From the NCBI GenBank assembly GCA_963843575.1, contig CAWJKZ010000013.1, positions 512,001 through 576,000 of the forward strand: a stretch of 64,000 bases of DNA, written 5' to 3'. The DNA is from an uncultured Acidobacteriota bacterium (GTDB lineage: Bacteria; Acidobacteriota; UBA6911). Below are positions 8,805-19,718 of the stretch, piece by piece. The notes under the pieces were generated by a model. It saw only the letters and a program-made list of their open reading frames with translations, was not told the origin of the DNA and searched no databases. Position 1 is the stretch's first letter; every line of letters begins with the position of its first letter. The translations under genes were made by a program, and so were the position numbers.

Positions 8805-10836
8805 TTATCGGCGTTTCTGTTTTCGGAGCGAGTCCTGGAGCTTGTCCAGTTTTTCCTTCACCTTTTGCGTTTCTTCGGGCTCGGTCCCGATATCGACGGA
8901 TTTCGTCCAGAACTCGACGGCCTTCTCGTAGTTCCCGGTCTTGTAGTACACGTCGCCGAGGTGGTCGTGGATCACGGGGTCGTTCTTCACCAGCTCCACG
9001 GCCCGCAGCAGGTACTCCTCGGCCTTGCCCAGGTCGTTCAGCTTGTAGAACGCCCAGCCGAGCGAATCCAGGTAGGCACCGTTGTTCGGGTCCAGGGCGA
9101 GCGCCTCCTCGACGTACTTAACCGCCTCCTGCAGGCGCACGCCGCGGTCGGCCAGCATGTAACCGATGTAGTTGAGCGCGGTGGCGTTCTTGGGGTTGGC
9201 CTTGAGCACTTCCTTGAAAAGCACCTCGGCCTTGTCGAAATCCTTCTGCCGTTCGTAGACGGTCGCCAGCTGGAATTTGAGGCGTTCGCTGTCGAGCTGT
9301 CTGTCCTCGGCGCGGCGCAGCACCTTTTCGGCTTCCGAGAAGCGCTTCCCCTGCAGGTACACCTGGCTGAGGTTCACGTAGATGTCGATGTTGGATGGGT
9401 CGGACTGGAGCATTTTGAGAAGGAGGTCCGCCCCCTCGCGGGTTTTTCCCGCGTCGGCCAGGGCGCGCGCGTACACGAGCCCTATGTTGACGTCCTTCGG
9501 GTTCTGCTCGTAGTACTGCTTCCCGACACTCAGGGCCTTGTCGAACTGCCGGTTCAGCCGGTAGGCGTTGATCAGCATGAAGACCAGCCCGGGCCGCGGT
9601 TCTTTCTGGCCCTGGAGCAGCTCCTCGTACAGGGCGATCGCCTTCTCGTGCTCACCCATGTCCTGGTAGACGGCGGCCAGATGCTGCTGGAAAACGGGCC
9701 GGTTCGCCTTCTGTTCGTCCGAGGCGTCGCTGTTTTCCAGCAGGTGCGAGAAAATGCGGGCGGCTTCCGGAGAGTTCCCGCCCTGCTCGTAGGCGGTTGC
9801 GAGGTAGAACTCGGCCTCCAAGTCGCCGCTCGAGTCCTCGAGCAGCGACTTGAACAGCTCGATCGCCTCGGGAAACTGGCGCGCGCCGATCTGCGCGCGG
9901 CCGAGCAGGATTTTTGCGTCGCGGTCGCCCGGCGCGGCCCCGGAGACTTCCTTGAGCATCTCTGCGGCATCGTCGTATTCCTCGGCGTCCACCATCGAGG
10001 TCGCCAGCTGCCGCTTGATTGCGGGATTGTCCCCCGTGAGCTCGAGGATCTTCCGGTATAGCGGGATGGCTTCCTTGCTGCGCTTGAGCCGCCCATAGAT
10101 CGTCGCGAGCATCATAAGGCTCTCGGGCGAGTCGGGTTGGCTCTTGAGGGCCTGCTTCAGGTACTCGATCGCCTTCTCGTTGTCCTTGGCGTCGCGCTCG
10201 TAGTATTTGGCGATGGCGACGTAGCCGGCGTCCATCGTGGGCGCGAGCGACTGGAACTTCTCGAAGGCCCTGATCGCCTTCTCCGGTTCGCCGAGCTCGA
10301 AGTAGGCGCCGCCCAGCGCGTAGTAAGCGCGTTCGTCCTCGGGAGCGGCATCGCGCATGGCCTCGAGCTCCTTGACGGCGTTGCCCAGCGCCTCGCGTGA
10401 GGCGGCCCGGTCGCGGCCCTGGGAGCGGAAATAAATGTTGGCCAGCAGCCAGTGCGGCTCGGGGGATTTCGGATCCATGCGCGCTGCCTCGCGCGCCTCC
10501 TCGACAGCCTCCTTCAGGTTACCGGCCTTTTCCAGTATGGTCGGCCAGTTCGACGCGCACGCCGCCGCTCGACTCGTTGTACTTCAGGGCGTTGCGCATT
10601 TCGGCGATGGCGCGCGTCAGATCGCCCTTGTCCTCGTACCACTTGGCCAGGGAGTAATAGTAGTAGCTCCGGCCGCGGTTCTGTGGTTCACCCCGGCGCA
10701 GTTCCCGATCGAGATCGATCGACTTGCTGCCGGCAACCGGTTTTTCCTGGGCGTGGAGGGCACCGGCAAACCAGCCCAGCACCATGACGAAGGTCAGCAG
10801 GGCGGGCCCGCTGAGGCGGAGGGAGCACTGTTTCAT
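8805..10836 (-). CDS. Exported tetratricopeptide-repeat protein (frameshift near 10500-10550)
   Basis: Signal-like N-terminus MKQCSLRLSGPALLTFVMVLGWFAGALHAQ. Many TPRs ending ALNYIGYMLADRG...AYLDSLGWAFYK...DPVIHDHLGDVY, typical of the TPR gene found upstream of ispE. Confidence 0.85.
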
Positions 10837-11065
10837 AAGTGGATGGATTTCCTTGTCTCCAGAGAGTTTGTTCCCGTCACGAATTATGGCACACGCAAAA
10901 TGCAATTGCCATGGGCCGCACGGTCCTCGATGCGCTGCGCCGGGGTCGGCACCCATCGGCCGGCGTGAGCAAGTTCTGGCTCAACCGGAACGGGAGGCGG
11001 TTAGAGAGGGTGTTCACGGGCAGGCATCGCCAGCCCGCAGGGATCAACAGACTAGGAGGAAATCC

Positions 11066-11359
11066 ATGAACGCTCGCACAAAGACCCTGGCCTGGGTGCT
11101 GGTACTGTGCCTCGGCCTGGCACTCTCGCCCGCCGCCCTGGCCCAGAAGGGCAAAGTACAATCGACCGAGAAGGTAAACATCAACACGGCGACCGTCGAG
11201 CAACTGCAGACGCTCCCGGGGGTGGGACCGGCGATGGCCAAGAGCATCGTCGATTACCGCAGCAAGGTCGGCAAGTTCACCAAGACCGAGGAACTGATCA
11301 ACGTGAAAGGGATCGGCGAGAAGAAGTTTCAGAAGATGAAGGACCGGCTGATTCTCTAG
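11066..11359 (+). CDS. comEA: ComEA-family helix-hairpin-helix DNA-binding protein with signal peptide
   Basis: RBS AGGAGG. KVNINTATVEQLQTLPGVGPAMAKSIVDYR...F...EELINVKGIGEKKF. Confidence 0.88.
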   Translation: MNARTKTLAWVLVLCLGLALSPAALAQKGKVQSTEKVNINTATVEQLQTLPGVGPAMAKSIVDYRSKVGKFTKTEELINVKGIGEKKFQKMKDRLIL

Positions 11360-11407
11360 ACCACTGCGACGGAAGACGCGGCGCGGCGCAGAGCCGCGCC
11401 GGGCGTC

Positions 11408-12325
11408 TCACGCCGAGGCGAAGAGGATGCGGGGGTGCATCCGCACCCACTGCACCGGTTGGGCCACGGGGGACATGAACGTCTGGAGGCGTTCGCCGAC
11501 GGCCAGCAGGTCGCCCGTCTCGTCGACGAGCCGGTATTCGGCGGCCTGGAAGGCGGACGTGAGCAGGTTTAGATCCGAGCCGTGCAGCAGCCTGCCGCGG
11601 TCTCCCTGGGAGATCACGATGGCCGGCACTTCGCGCAGCAGTTCCCGCATCGGGATGACCCGGGCCAGGAAGAACTCCCGCGTGCGGAAGATCTCGCCCT
11701 CGGTCAGGCCGACGGCGGCCTCGATCGGGAACTCGCCGCTGCGCTCGCGGCGCAGCCGGACGAGGTGGGCTCCGCAGCCGTAGTCGCGCCCGACGTCGTG
11801 GGCAAGGCTTCGGGCGTAGGTTCCGGCGGCGCAGCCGAGCTCGAAGTCCACCTCCGACCCGTCGACGGAGACGATCTTGAGCGACTTGATCGTGACTTCC
11901 TTGGTGGCCGGCTCCAGCTCCACACCTTTGCGCGCATAAACGTACATCGGCTTGCCCTGTATTTTCTTGGCGGAGTAGGGCGGAAGGGTCTGGAGCACGG
12001 TCCCCAGGTAGCGGGCGAATATCTCCTCGACCCTCGCACGGTCAACCGAGGGTGCGGTGTCGTCGCCCGTGGGTTCGCCGTCGACGTCGAAGGTCGTCGT
12101 GGCGAAGCCGAAACGCATGACCCCGCGGTAGAGTTTGTCCGACGAGAGGAAATAGTTGGTCAGGCGGGTCGCGCGCCCGAGGGTCAGGGGCAGGACGCCC
12201 GTGGCGAACGGGTCCAGGGTGCCGGTGTGGCCGACTTTTTTGATTTTCGTGAGGTTGCGGATTTTTGCGACGACGTCGTGCGAAGTCCACCCCGCCGGCT
12301 TGTCGATGACCAGGACTCCGTCCAT
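11408..12325 (-). CDS. truB: tRNA pseudouridine(55) synthase
   Basis: GVLVIDKPAGWTSHDVV, KVGHTGTLDPFATGVL, GTYARSLAHDVG. Confidence 0.96.
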   Translation of the reverse strand: MDGVLVIDKPAGWTSHDVVAKIRNLTKIKKVGHTGTLDPFATGVLPLTLGRATRLTNYFLSSDKLYRGVMRFGFATTTFDVDGEPTGDDTAPSVDRARVEEIFARYLGTVLQTLPPYSAKKIQGKPMYVYARKGVELEPATKEVTIKSLKIVSVDGSEVDFELGCAAGTYARSLAHDVGRDYGCGAHLVRLRRERSGEFPIEAAVGLTEGEIFRTREFFLARVIPMRELLREVPAIVISQGDRGRLLHGSDLNLLTSAFQAAEYRLVDETGDLLAVGERLQTFMSPVAQPVQWVRMHPRILFASA

Positions 12326-12329
12326 GGGC

Positions 12330-12677
12330 TCAGTGCTCCCTCAGCTTATCGATCAGGGAATCGATGTGCTCGCCGTATTCCTGTGATTTGTCGGCATGAA
12401 ACACGATTTCGGGCAGGAACTTCATCCGTATGCGCTGGCCGAGCTCGTGCCGGATCCAGCCTGCGGCGTGATTGAGGGCTTCGAGGCTGTCGTTCTTCTG
12501 CCGGTCGGTTCCCATGACCGAGACGAAAACCCGCGCGTGCCTCAGGTCCGGGCTCATGTCGACTCCGGTGATGGTCACGAGGCCGATGCGCGGATCCTTG
12601 ATGTTTCTGAACAGCATGAGGCTGATTTCCTGCTGGATCTGCAGGCCCAGCCTCTGTGGACGTCGGGATTGGGTCAT
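12330..12677 (-). CDS. rbfA: Ribosome-binding factor A
   Basis: IKDPRIGLVTITGVDMSPDLRHARVFVS...PEIVFHADKS. Confidence 0.95.
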   Translation of the reverse strand: MTQSRRPQRLGLQIQQEISLMLFRNIKDPRIGLVTITGVDMSPDLRHARVFVSVMGTDRQKNDSLEALNHAAGWIRHELGQRIRMKFLPEIVFHADKSQEYGEHIDSLIDKLREH

Positions 12678-12684
12678 GTGTGAT

Positions 12685-12972
12685 TCAGGGCTCGATGTAG
12701 GACACCTGGCAATCGATCAGCAGTTCCTCGAGGATGTTCTCGGCCTCGCGGACAAACTGCTGGGTGACGCGCTCCAGCACGGCGTTGTCGGCGCCCACCG
12801 TGACCGCCGCGAGCTTGGCGCGCTGCCAGAGGTCCTGGAACTCCACCTCGGCGATCGAAAAGTTGGTGCGCGCGCGCAGCCTGTCCTGCGCTTTCCGGAG
12901 CACCATCCGCTTTTCTTTCAGCGACTGAGAGAAAGGGAGAAACAGTTCCAGGGTGCAGTAGGCTATGGGCAT
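12685..12972 (-). CDS. DUF503/YlxP family protein
   Basis: SQSLKEKRMVL...NFSIAEVEFQDLWQRAKLA. Conserved position between infB and rbfA. Confidence 0.88.
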   Translation of the reverse strand: MPIAYCTLELFLPFSQSLKEKRMVLRKAQDRLRARTNFSIAEVEFQDLWQRAKLAAVTVGADNAVLERVTQQFVREAENILEELLIDCQVSYIEP

Positions 12973-12989
12973 TTGCGGAGCGCGGCCAA

Positions 12990-13101
12990 GTGGGCGGGGG
13001 CCGCCAGAGCCCCGCCGAGTTGAGCCACAGCCGGGCCAATTCGATCAATCGCACCGGCCGGTGCTGAGATCCGAGGGCCGCGTCTGGCCGCCGCGGCCCA
13101 C
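12990..13101. repeat. GTGG-type REP-like inverted doublet, copy 1
   Basis: GTGGGCGGGGGCCGCCAGAGCCCCGCC on plus and GTGGGCCGCGGCGGCCAGACGCGGCCCTCGGAT on minus. Similar to 53674-53753. Confidence 0.6.
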
Positions 13102-13109
13102 CTCGCTAA

Positions 13110-15828
13110 CTACAGGGTGGTGGGCTGCACTTTTTCTATCGTGTAGGCCTCGATGATGTCGCCCACCTTGACGTCCGAGAAGCGCTCGAACCCGATGCCG
13201 CACTCGAACCCCGACTTCACTTCCGAGACGTCGTCCTTGAACCGGCGCAGCGAGCCGATCTTGCCCTCGTGAATCACGACGTTGTCGCGCAGCAGCCGGA
13301 CCTCGGAGTTGCGGCGGATCATCCCGTCCAGGATGTACGAGCCGGCGACGAAGCCGAACTTCGGCACCTTGAACGTGTCGCGGACTTCGGCGCGGCCGAG
13401 GTACTTCTCGTGGGTGGTGTACTCGAGCATCCCGATCATCGCGTTCTTGATGTCGTTGGCCACGTTGTAGATGACGGTGTACAGCCGGATCTCGACTCCT
13501 TCGGCGTCCGCAAGGTCCTGCGCCTTGCGCTCTGGCCGGACGTTGAACCCGATGATGATGGCGTTGGAGGCGGACGCCAGCAGCACGTCGGTTTCGGTCA
13601 CCGCGCCCGCGCCGCTGTGCAGGATGCGCACCTTCACCTTGTCGGTGCTGAGCTTGTTGAGGACGTCGGTCAGGACCTCGACCGATCCCTGCACGTCGCA
13701 CTTGAGGATGAGCGGGAGCTCTTTGACGGTGCCTTCGCGCATCTGGTCGTACAGGGCCTGCAGCGAGAGCCGCGCGGAGGAGCGGAGCGACTTCTCCCTG
13801 GCCTTGGCCTGCCGGTATTCGGCGACCTGTCTCGCCTTGGTGGCATCTTCGAACACCTGGAAGACGTCGCCCGCGCGTGGGATATCCTGCAACCCGAGGA
13901 TTTCGGCCGGCACGGAAGGGCCGGCCTCGGCGATGTTCGCGCCCCTGTCGTTCATGAGGGCGCGCACCCTGCCGTGCACCGCGCCGGCGACCACCGGGTC
14001 TCCCACCTTGAGGGTCCCGGTCTGCACCAGGATTGTAGCGACCGGGCCGCGTCCCTTGTCGACCTTTGCTTCGAGCACGACACCCGCGGCGAGCCGCCGC
14101 GGATTGGCCTTCAGGTCGCGCATGTCGGCGACCAGCAGGATCATCTCGAGCAGCAGATCGATGTTGGACTTCTGCTTCGCCGAGACCGGAACCATGACGA
14201 CGTCGCCGCCCCAGTCCTCGGCCAGGAGACCCTGGTCGGACAGCGCCTGCTTCACCCTGTCGGGCTGGGCCCCGGCCTTGTCGATCTTGTTGATGGCGAC
14301 GAGGATCGGGACGTTGGCGGCCTTGGCGTGGTGGATGGCCTCGATCGTTTGCGGCATGACGCCGTCGTCGGCTGCCACCACGAGCACGACGATGTCGGTC
14401 GCCTGGGCGCCGCGGGCGCGCATCAGGGTGAAGGCCTCGTGACCCGGGGTGTCCAGGAACACGATGCTGCGCCCCTTGATATCGACCTTGTAGGCGCCGA
14501 TGTGCTGCGTGATGCCGCCCGCTTCCGTCTCGGTGACTTTGGAGCTGCGGATCGCGTCCAGGAGCGACGTCTTGCCGTGATCGACGTGGCCCATGATGGT
14601 CACGACCGGCGGGCGCGTCTGGTAGTCCTGCGGCCTGTCCACCACTTCCTGCTTGGCCTCGGCCTCTTGTTCGAAGCTGATGACCTCGGCACGGAAACCG
14701 AACTCCGCGCACACTTCCTTGGCCACGTCCAGGTCCAACGCCTGGTTGATGGAGGCCAGGATCCCCTTGCTGATGAGCTTCTGAATGATGTACTTCGACT
14801 TGATCTCCATCTTCTCCGCGAGCTCTTTCAGGGTCACCCCTTCGGTGATGGCGATCGGCTTGAAATCCTCGGGGGACGCGGGGGGACGCGGGAGTTCGAC
14901 GACCTTGGCGACCCGTTCCACGGGTGCCGCAGGACGGACTCCGGGCCTCTTCTTGCGGACCAGCCGCATCGGCGTGGCAACCCGGGCCCCGCCGGGCTTG
15001 ACGTCGCCCAGGGTCTTCAGGATGCGGTCGGTGACGCCGGGGCTGACCACTTTGTCCGCTGCGGTGCGCATGAGGATCTTGGTCTTGGTCTTCGGGATGA
15101 CGAACTTCTTGGTCCCGGGGTGCGCGGCGGCTCTCCGGGGCCTTCGGCGGTGCCTCCGCGGCCGGGGCAGGAGGCGGCGCCGGGGCGGAAGCCTCGGGTG
15201 CGGGCGGGGCAGCGGGTTGAGTCTCCGCGAGGTCGCTTCCACGACCTCCGCCGGGGCTTCGGGAGCAGCCCCGACAACCTCCGGTTCGGCCAGGGGCGCC
15301 TCAGGGGCGGCTGTGCCGGCCGTTTCGCCAAAGAACTCGCGCGCGGCCTCGACCGGGCTCAGCTCGGCGGGCTTCGGGGGAGCCGGCGGCGCCGGCTCGA
15401 CCAGTCCTGCGGCCTCACGGTCGTAGTGCTTGCGCCCCTTGCGCGGGGCCAGCGAGATCCTTGGGCTGTTCCTCCTCCGGCTTCCTGACCTCCACCGGCT
15501 TTTCCGGCTTGGCCACCTTGCGCCCCTTACGGGGCGCCGGGGCCGCCTCGACCGGGGCTTCCGTCGGCGCGGGCTTTTTGGCCGCCTTCTTTTCCCGCTC
15601 CAGCTTCTTGGCCGCTTCCGACTCTTTCTTCTTCTCGGCTTCGGCCTGGCGGGCTTCTTCGGCCTCGCGTTGCGACAGGATCTTCTTGCGGATCGTGTCC
15701 GCAAAACTGAGGTCGATCGTCGCGATTGGCGAGAACACGTACAGTCCGAGCCGTTTCAGCTCAGAAAGGACGACCTGGTTCGGCACCGAACACTCTGTCG
15801 CCAGTTCCGCGACTGTAATTTTATCCAT
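13110..15828 (-). CDS. infB: Translation initiation factor IF-2 (frameshifts in the N-terminal region, about 15130-15460)
   Basis: MDKITVAELATEC N-terminus. RPPVVTIMGHVDHGKTSLLD, GGITQHIGAY, DTPGHEAFT, C-terminal SLRRFKDDVSEVKSGFECGI. Confidence 0.97.
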
Positions 15829-15930
15829 CTGCGATACTACCTCTGTCTCTGGGTACTGTCCGGCTCGGCGAGTCGGACGCAAACAGGAATCCTAAATCAA
15901 GATCCAGGGCGTTTGCAACCGGAGCGCGGT

Positions 15931-17476
15931 CTACTGCGGTCCGGCCTCTTTGTCCTGGTCGCCCGGCCCGGCAGCGGAATCCTCCTCAGGCGCCGTCTCC
16001 GGCGTCTGAGGCCCTGCCGGTGCTTCGGCGGCCTGGAGTTCCGGAGTCTCCTCTGCCGTGGTTGTAGCCTCACCCGCGGAGGCACTCTCGTCCGCGACGG
16101 TCTCGGCCGGCGCCTCGGCGGCGGGCTCCGCGCCCGCGGGCTGTTCCGCCTCCTGCTGCCCGGTCTCCGCCTCGATCGCGGTGGGGATGTCCATCCCTTC
16201 CGGGACCTCGATCTCCACTTCCTCGAACAGGTCGCGCGCGGATTCCATGATCTTCGCGGCCGTCTTGTCGCCCACACCCGGGATTTCCTTCAGCTTCTCC
16301 TCGCCCATCTCGAGAATGCGTTCGACGTTCTCGACCCCCGCCTCGCGCAGCTTTTCGATTATGCGCTCGCTGATCCCCTCCAGCTCGCTCAGCGAGGTCG
16401 ACGACGAGGTGAGCGACTCCATCACGCTCAGGACTTCCTGCTTCTTCTGCTCCTCGCTCTTGACGTCGATCTGCCAGCCGATCAGCTTCGAGGCGAGCCG
16501 CACGTTCTGGCCCTTCTTGCCGATGGCGAGCGACTGCTGCTTTTCCTCGACGATGACCTCCATCCGCTTCTCGATGGGGTCGATGATGAGCACCTTCGAG
16601 ATCTTCGCGGGGTTCAGCGCGTTGGCCGCGTAGTGCGCCGGGTCGTCCGACCACTGCACGATGTCGATCTTCTCGCCCCGGAGTTCCCGGATGATCGAGT
16701 TGATGCGCGATCCCTTCATGCCCACGCACGCTCCGACCGGATCCACGTCGCGGTCCGTCGACGCCACGGCGACCTTTGCCCTGTCGCCAGGCTCGTGGAC
16801 GGCGTTCTTCACGACGATCGTGCCGTCGTAAATCTCCGGGATCTCCATTTCGAACAGCCGGATCAGGATCTGCGGATCGGTGCGCGACAGGATGACCTGC
16901 GGCCCCTTGGCGACGGGCAGGACCTTGACGATGACGGCCCGGACGCGCTCGCCCTGCTTGTAGGTTTCGGCCCTCGACTGCTCACGCAACGGCAGAAGCG
17001 CTTCGGTCTTGCCGATATCGACGATGATGTCGGGACCCTCGAACCGTTTCACTACCCCGTTGACCATCTCGCCGATTTTCTGCGAGAAGTCGTTGTAGAT
17101 GTTCTGCCGCTCCGCTTCGCGCACTTTCTGCAGGATCACCTGCTTGGCCGTCTGGGCCGCGATCCTGCCGAGCACATCGGTCGGTTTGGGGATTTCGACG
17201 GTGTCGTCGACTTCCAGGGTGTCGTCGATCTCCTTGGCCTCGTCTATGGATATCTCGAGGTTGGGGTTCTCCACATTCTCCACCACGCGCTTCACAGCGA
17301 AGATCTCGACGGTTCCCGTGCCGGCATCAAAGCGGGCGTTGATCTCCTCGGTCGTCTTGTAGAACTTCCTGGATGCCGCCACCATGGCGTCTTCCAGGGC
17401 GCCGATGATGACCTTTGGGATCGATGTTTTTCTCTTTGCTGATTTGCTCGATCGTCTGGGTGATGATGTTGGACAT
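15931..17476 (-). CDS. nusA: Transcription termination factor NusA (frameshift near 17425)
   Basis: MSNIITQTIEQISKEK..., GRIAAQTAKQVILQKVREAER, DPVGACVGMKGSR, AIGKKGQNVRLASKL, C-terminal HhH repeats and acidic tail. Confidence 0.96.
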
Positions 17477-17507
17477 AATTAAGAACCCCTGCCGCCTCTG
17501 CTAAATC

Positions 17508-17984
17508 TCAACCACGAGATTGGCCTTCTCGATATCGTTCACGGCGATTTCGACCGTCCTGCCCGGCGCGATCTTCGAGCCCGACCTGGCCGTTCCGTTC
17601 ACCCCGAGGATCGTGCCCCGGAACTTCTTCTGACCTTCCAGCACTGACCCGGGTGCGCATCTTGGCGCTCCTGCCCGAAAACCGCGCGAAATCCGCTTCC
17701 TTCACCAGCGGCCGATCCAGTCCCGGTGACGACACCTCCAGGACGTAGCTGAATGGAATCCAGTCCTCCACGTCCAAAAGAACCGAAAGGCGTTTGCTGA
17801 AACGCTCGCAGTCGTCTAGTGAAATACCGCCAGGTTGATCGATGAAAGCCCGCACGACGGAACGATTGCCCCCTCCCTTTATTTCAAGGAGGACAACCTC
17901 CATGCCCATTGAAGCGGCCACTTCCTCGGCAAGGGCCGTCACTCTGGCTTCGAGGGACCCGCGCCGATCGTCCGCGTCGGCCAT
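17508..17984 (-). CDS. rimP: Ribosome maturation factor RimP (C-terminal frameshifts)
   Basis: FIDQPGGISLDDCERFS...YVLEVSSPGLDRPL. Confidence 0.93.
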   Translation of the reverse strand: MADADDRRGSLEARVTALAEEVAASMGMEVVLLEIKGGGNRSVVRAFIDQPGGISLDDCERFSKRLSVLLDVEDWIPFSYVLEVSSPGLDRPLVKEADFARFSGRSAKMRTRVSAGRSEEVPGHDPRGERNGQVGLEDRAGQDGRNRRERYREGQSRG

Positions 17985-18000
17985 TTTCAGACCCCGCAAA

Positions 18001-18030
18001 ATAAAAAAGTGGGCAACCGCCCACTTCTTT
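18001..18030 (-). promoter_or_regulatory. rimP leader terminator-like hairpin
   Basis: Minus strand AAGTGGGC-GGTT-GCCCACTT followed by a T-rich tract, just upstream of rimP. Matches the widely conserved GGGC...GCCC rimP leader. Confidence 0.75.
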
Positions 18031-18212
18031 CAAAGCTAGCTGAGGAAGTATATCGAACGGAATCCGCTAAATATCAAGCAGGTGGGTACCGTGCTTCGGC
18101 CGACGGACGCTCCACGTGGGCTGCGTGCGCTCGTCGCGACTCCGATGGATCAGCCCAAGACGTCTTCGGGCTGAATGCCCGGACCTACTTATTCTCGGGC
18201 AGGGCGTCGCTA

Positions 18213-19718
18213 TCAGGGCAGCTGCCGAACGTTTCTCGGGCTCGCTATTTCTTGGCGGGCTGCCGGTGCCGGAGGCGCCGGGGGCTCCACGAAATCGGCT
18301 TCCGCCTTGTTCAGCTTCTCGAGGCTCTCCTTGTCGGCGACCTTCACGGCGGACTCGCCCTTGACCTGGGCGTACACCCCGTCCTTGGCTTCCTCGCCGA
18401 AGGCGCAGTCGACCTTTACGTCCGCGCCCTGCTTGAAGACGACCCGCACGACCGGGGCGTCGAGCCCGTACGTCGGCGGGAGCCGCCGGGATTGTCCACG
18501 AATTCCTTGACCGGCTTCTCCAGGGCGTCCAGGATGCCGTTCACGGCGTCCCACTTCGTCTTCTTCTTGGCCTCGCCGAGCACCCAGTCGCCGCCAGCCC
18601 GGACTTGGCGAAGGTGAACGTGCCCTTGGGATTGGTCAGGGCGATGAAGTCGATGTCCCAGCGCTGAAACGACGCCAAGCGCCTTGTCCCTGAGGTCGGA
18701 GGTGGATTTCAGCAGCTTGTCGACCAGGTCCTTTTCCACGAAAAACAGATCCTTGCGCGACTCGTCCCGGGCGACGTAAAGCGCCGCGGCGTCCGTGCTC
18801 GGCGGGTTTGCCCCCGCCTGTCCCGCCTTCTTATCCTCGGGGCTCGCGGGCTTTCGCGGCCTTTTCCCCTTTTTTCACCAGCTTCGATTTCTCCCGTCCG
18901 ACGATCAGGTGCCTGATGGCCTTGTCCTTACCGACCGTGAGCCGGACGTCGACCGTCGGCTTGTCGAATCCGAGATCGGCGTACTCGTCGGGGCTGCCGT
19001 CGAAGAACTCCTTGATCCGGGCCCCGGCCAGCGTGCTCAGCATACCGCTGACGGCGGAAGAGTCGGCGGCGAGCTTTTCCCTGCCCGTGAGCCACCAGCG
19101 CTCGTTCTCCTTGAGCGAGCTGAACGGGACCTTTCTCGCTCTGCAGGTCAAGGGACTGGGTCTCGAACTGCTCGAAGCTCAGGACGGAGTGGTTGCGGAG
19201 TTCGTCGACGGTCTTGTTGAAAGCTCGAGGCCAGGAAGTTGGCGACGAGCATGACCTCGTTCTTGCCTTCAACGGCCGCGTAGGTGGAGTTGCCTGTCGG
19301 GTTGTTGTTGCCGAAACGGATCTTGTAGTCCTTGCCGTCGTTTGTCTTGACCTGCAGGCTGACCTGGGGCGGATTCAGCCCGAAGCGGGACAGGTCCGCG
19401 GCGTTGGGCTCGACGACGCTCTCGCGGCTCACGTCGGCGGCCGAGCTGGCGATGCGGTTCAGCTCCTCCGAATCCGCGTCGAGCGTGCCGCGGCGCCGTA
19501 AGCTTCCACTCCTTGTCGCCGCTACGCACCGCGGTGACGTGCTGTGACGGGGTGATCAGATCGATCTGCCGGATCGTGCTGCTGTCGAATTTCCAGACCC
19601 GGTTTTCCTGCTGCTTCGCCTCTTCGCGTTTTGCCCCGCCCTTAATCTCATAGAAATAAACGTAGGCGCCCAGCGCAGCGCCGACCACGAGCAGCACCAG
19701 CGTACCGCGAAATCGCAT
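18213..19718 (-). CDS. DUF4340-type membrane-anchored protein (multiple frameshifts; true stop may be about 18243)
   Basis: MRFRGTLVLLVVGAALGAYVYFYE anchor. Repeated 'DLSRFGLNPP', 'YADLGFDKP' and 'TYGLDAP' motifs. Follows the GldG-like gene. Confidence 0.75.

Noticed and set aside
10886-10912. Sigma54 promoter (TGGCAC...TGC) between the TPR gene and comEA
   Set aside because: GG-to-GC spacing is 12 nt on both strands, not the required 10.
13269-17442. Long plus-strand ORFs (739 aa, 670 aa) and similar antisense ORFs elsewhere (e.g. 33143-35314, 59733-61493)
   Set aside because: These are shadow ORFs opposite well-supported genes, expected from high-GC codon bias, with no recognisable motifs.
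2800-17984. Programmed frameshifting or pseudogenisation of dnaB, infB, nusA, rplY and rimP
   Set aside because: Shifts are scattered through many unrelated genes with no consistent slippery motif, and the genes are essential. Sequencing error is the simpler explanation.
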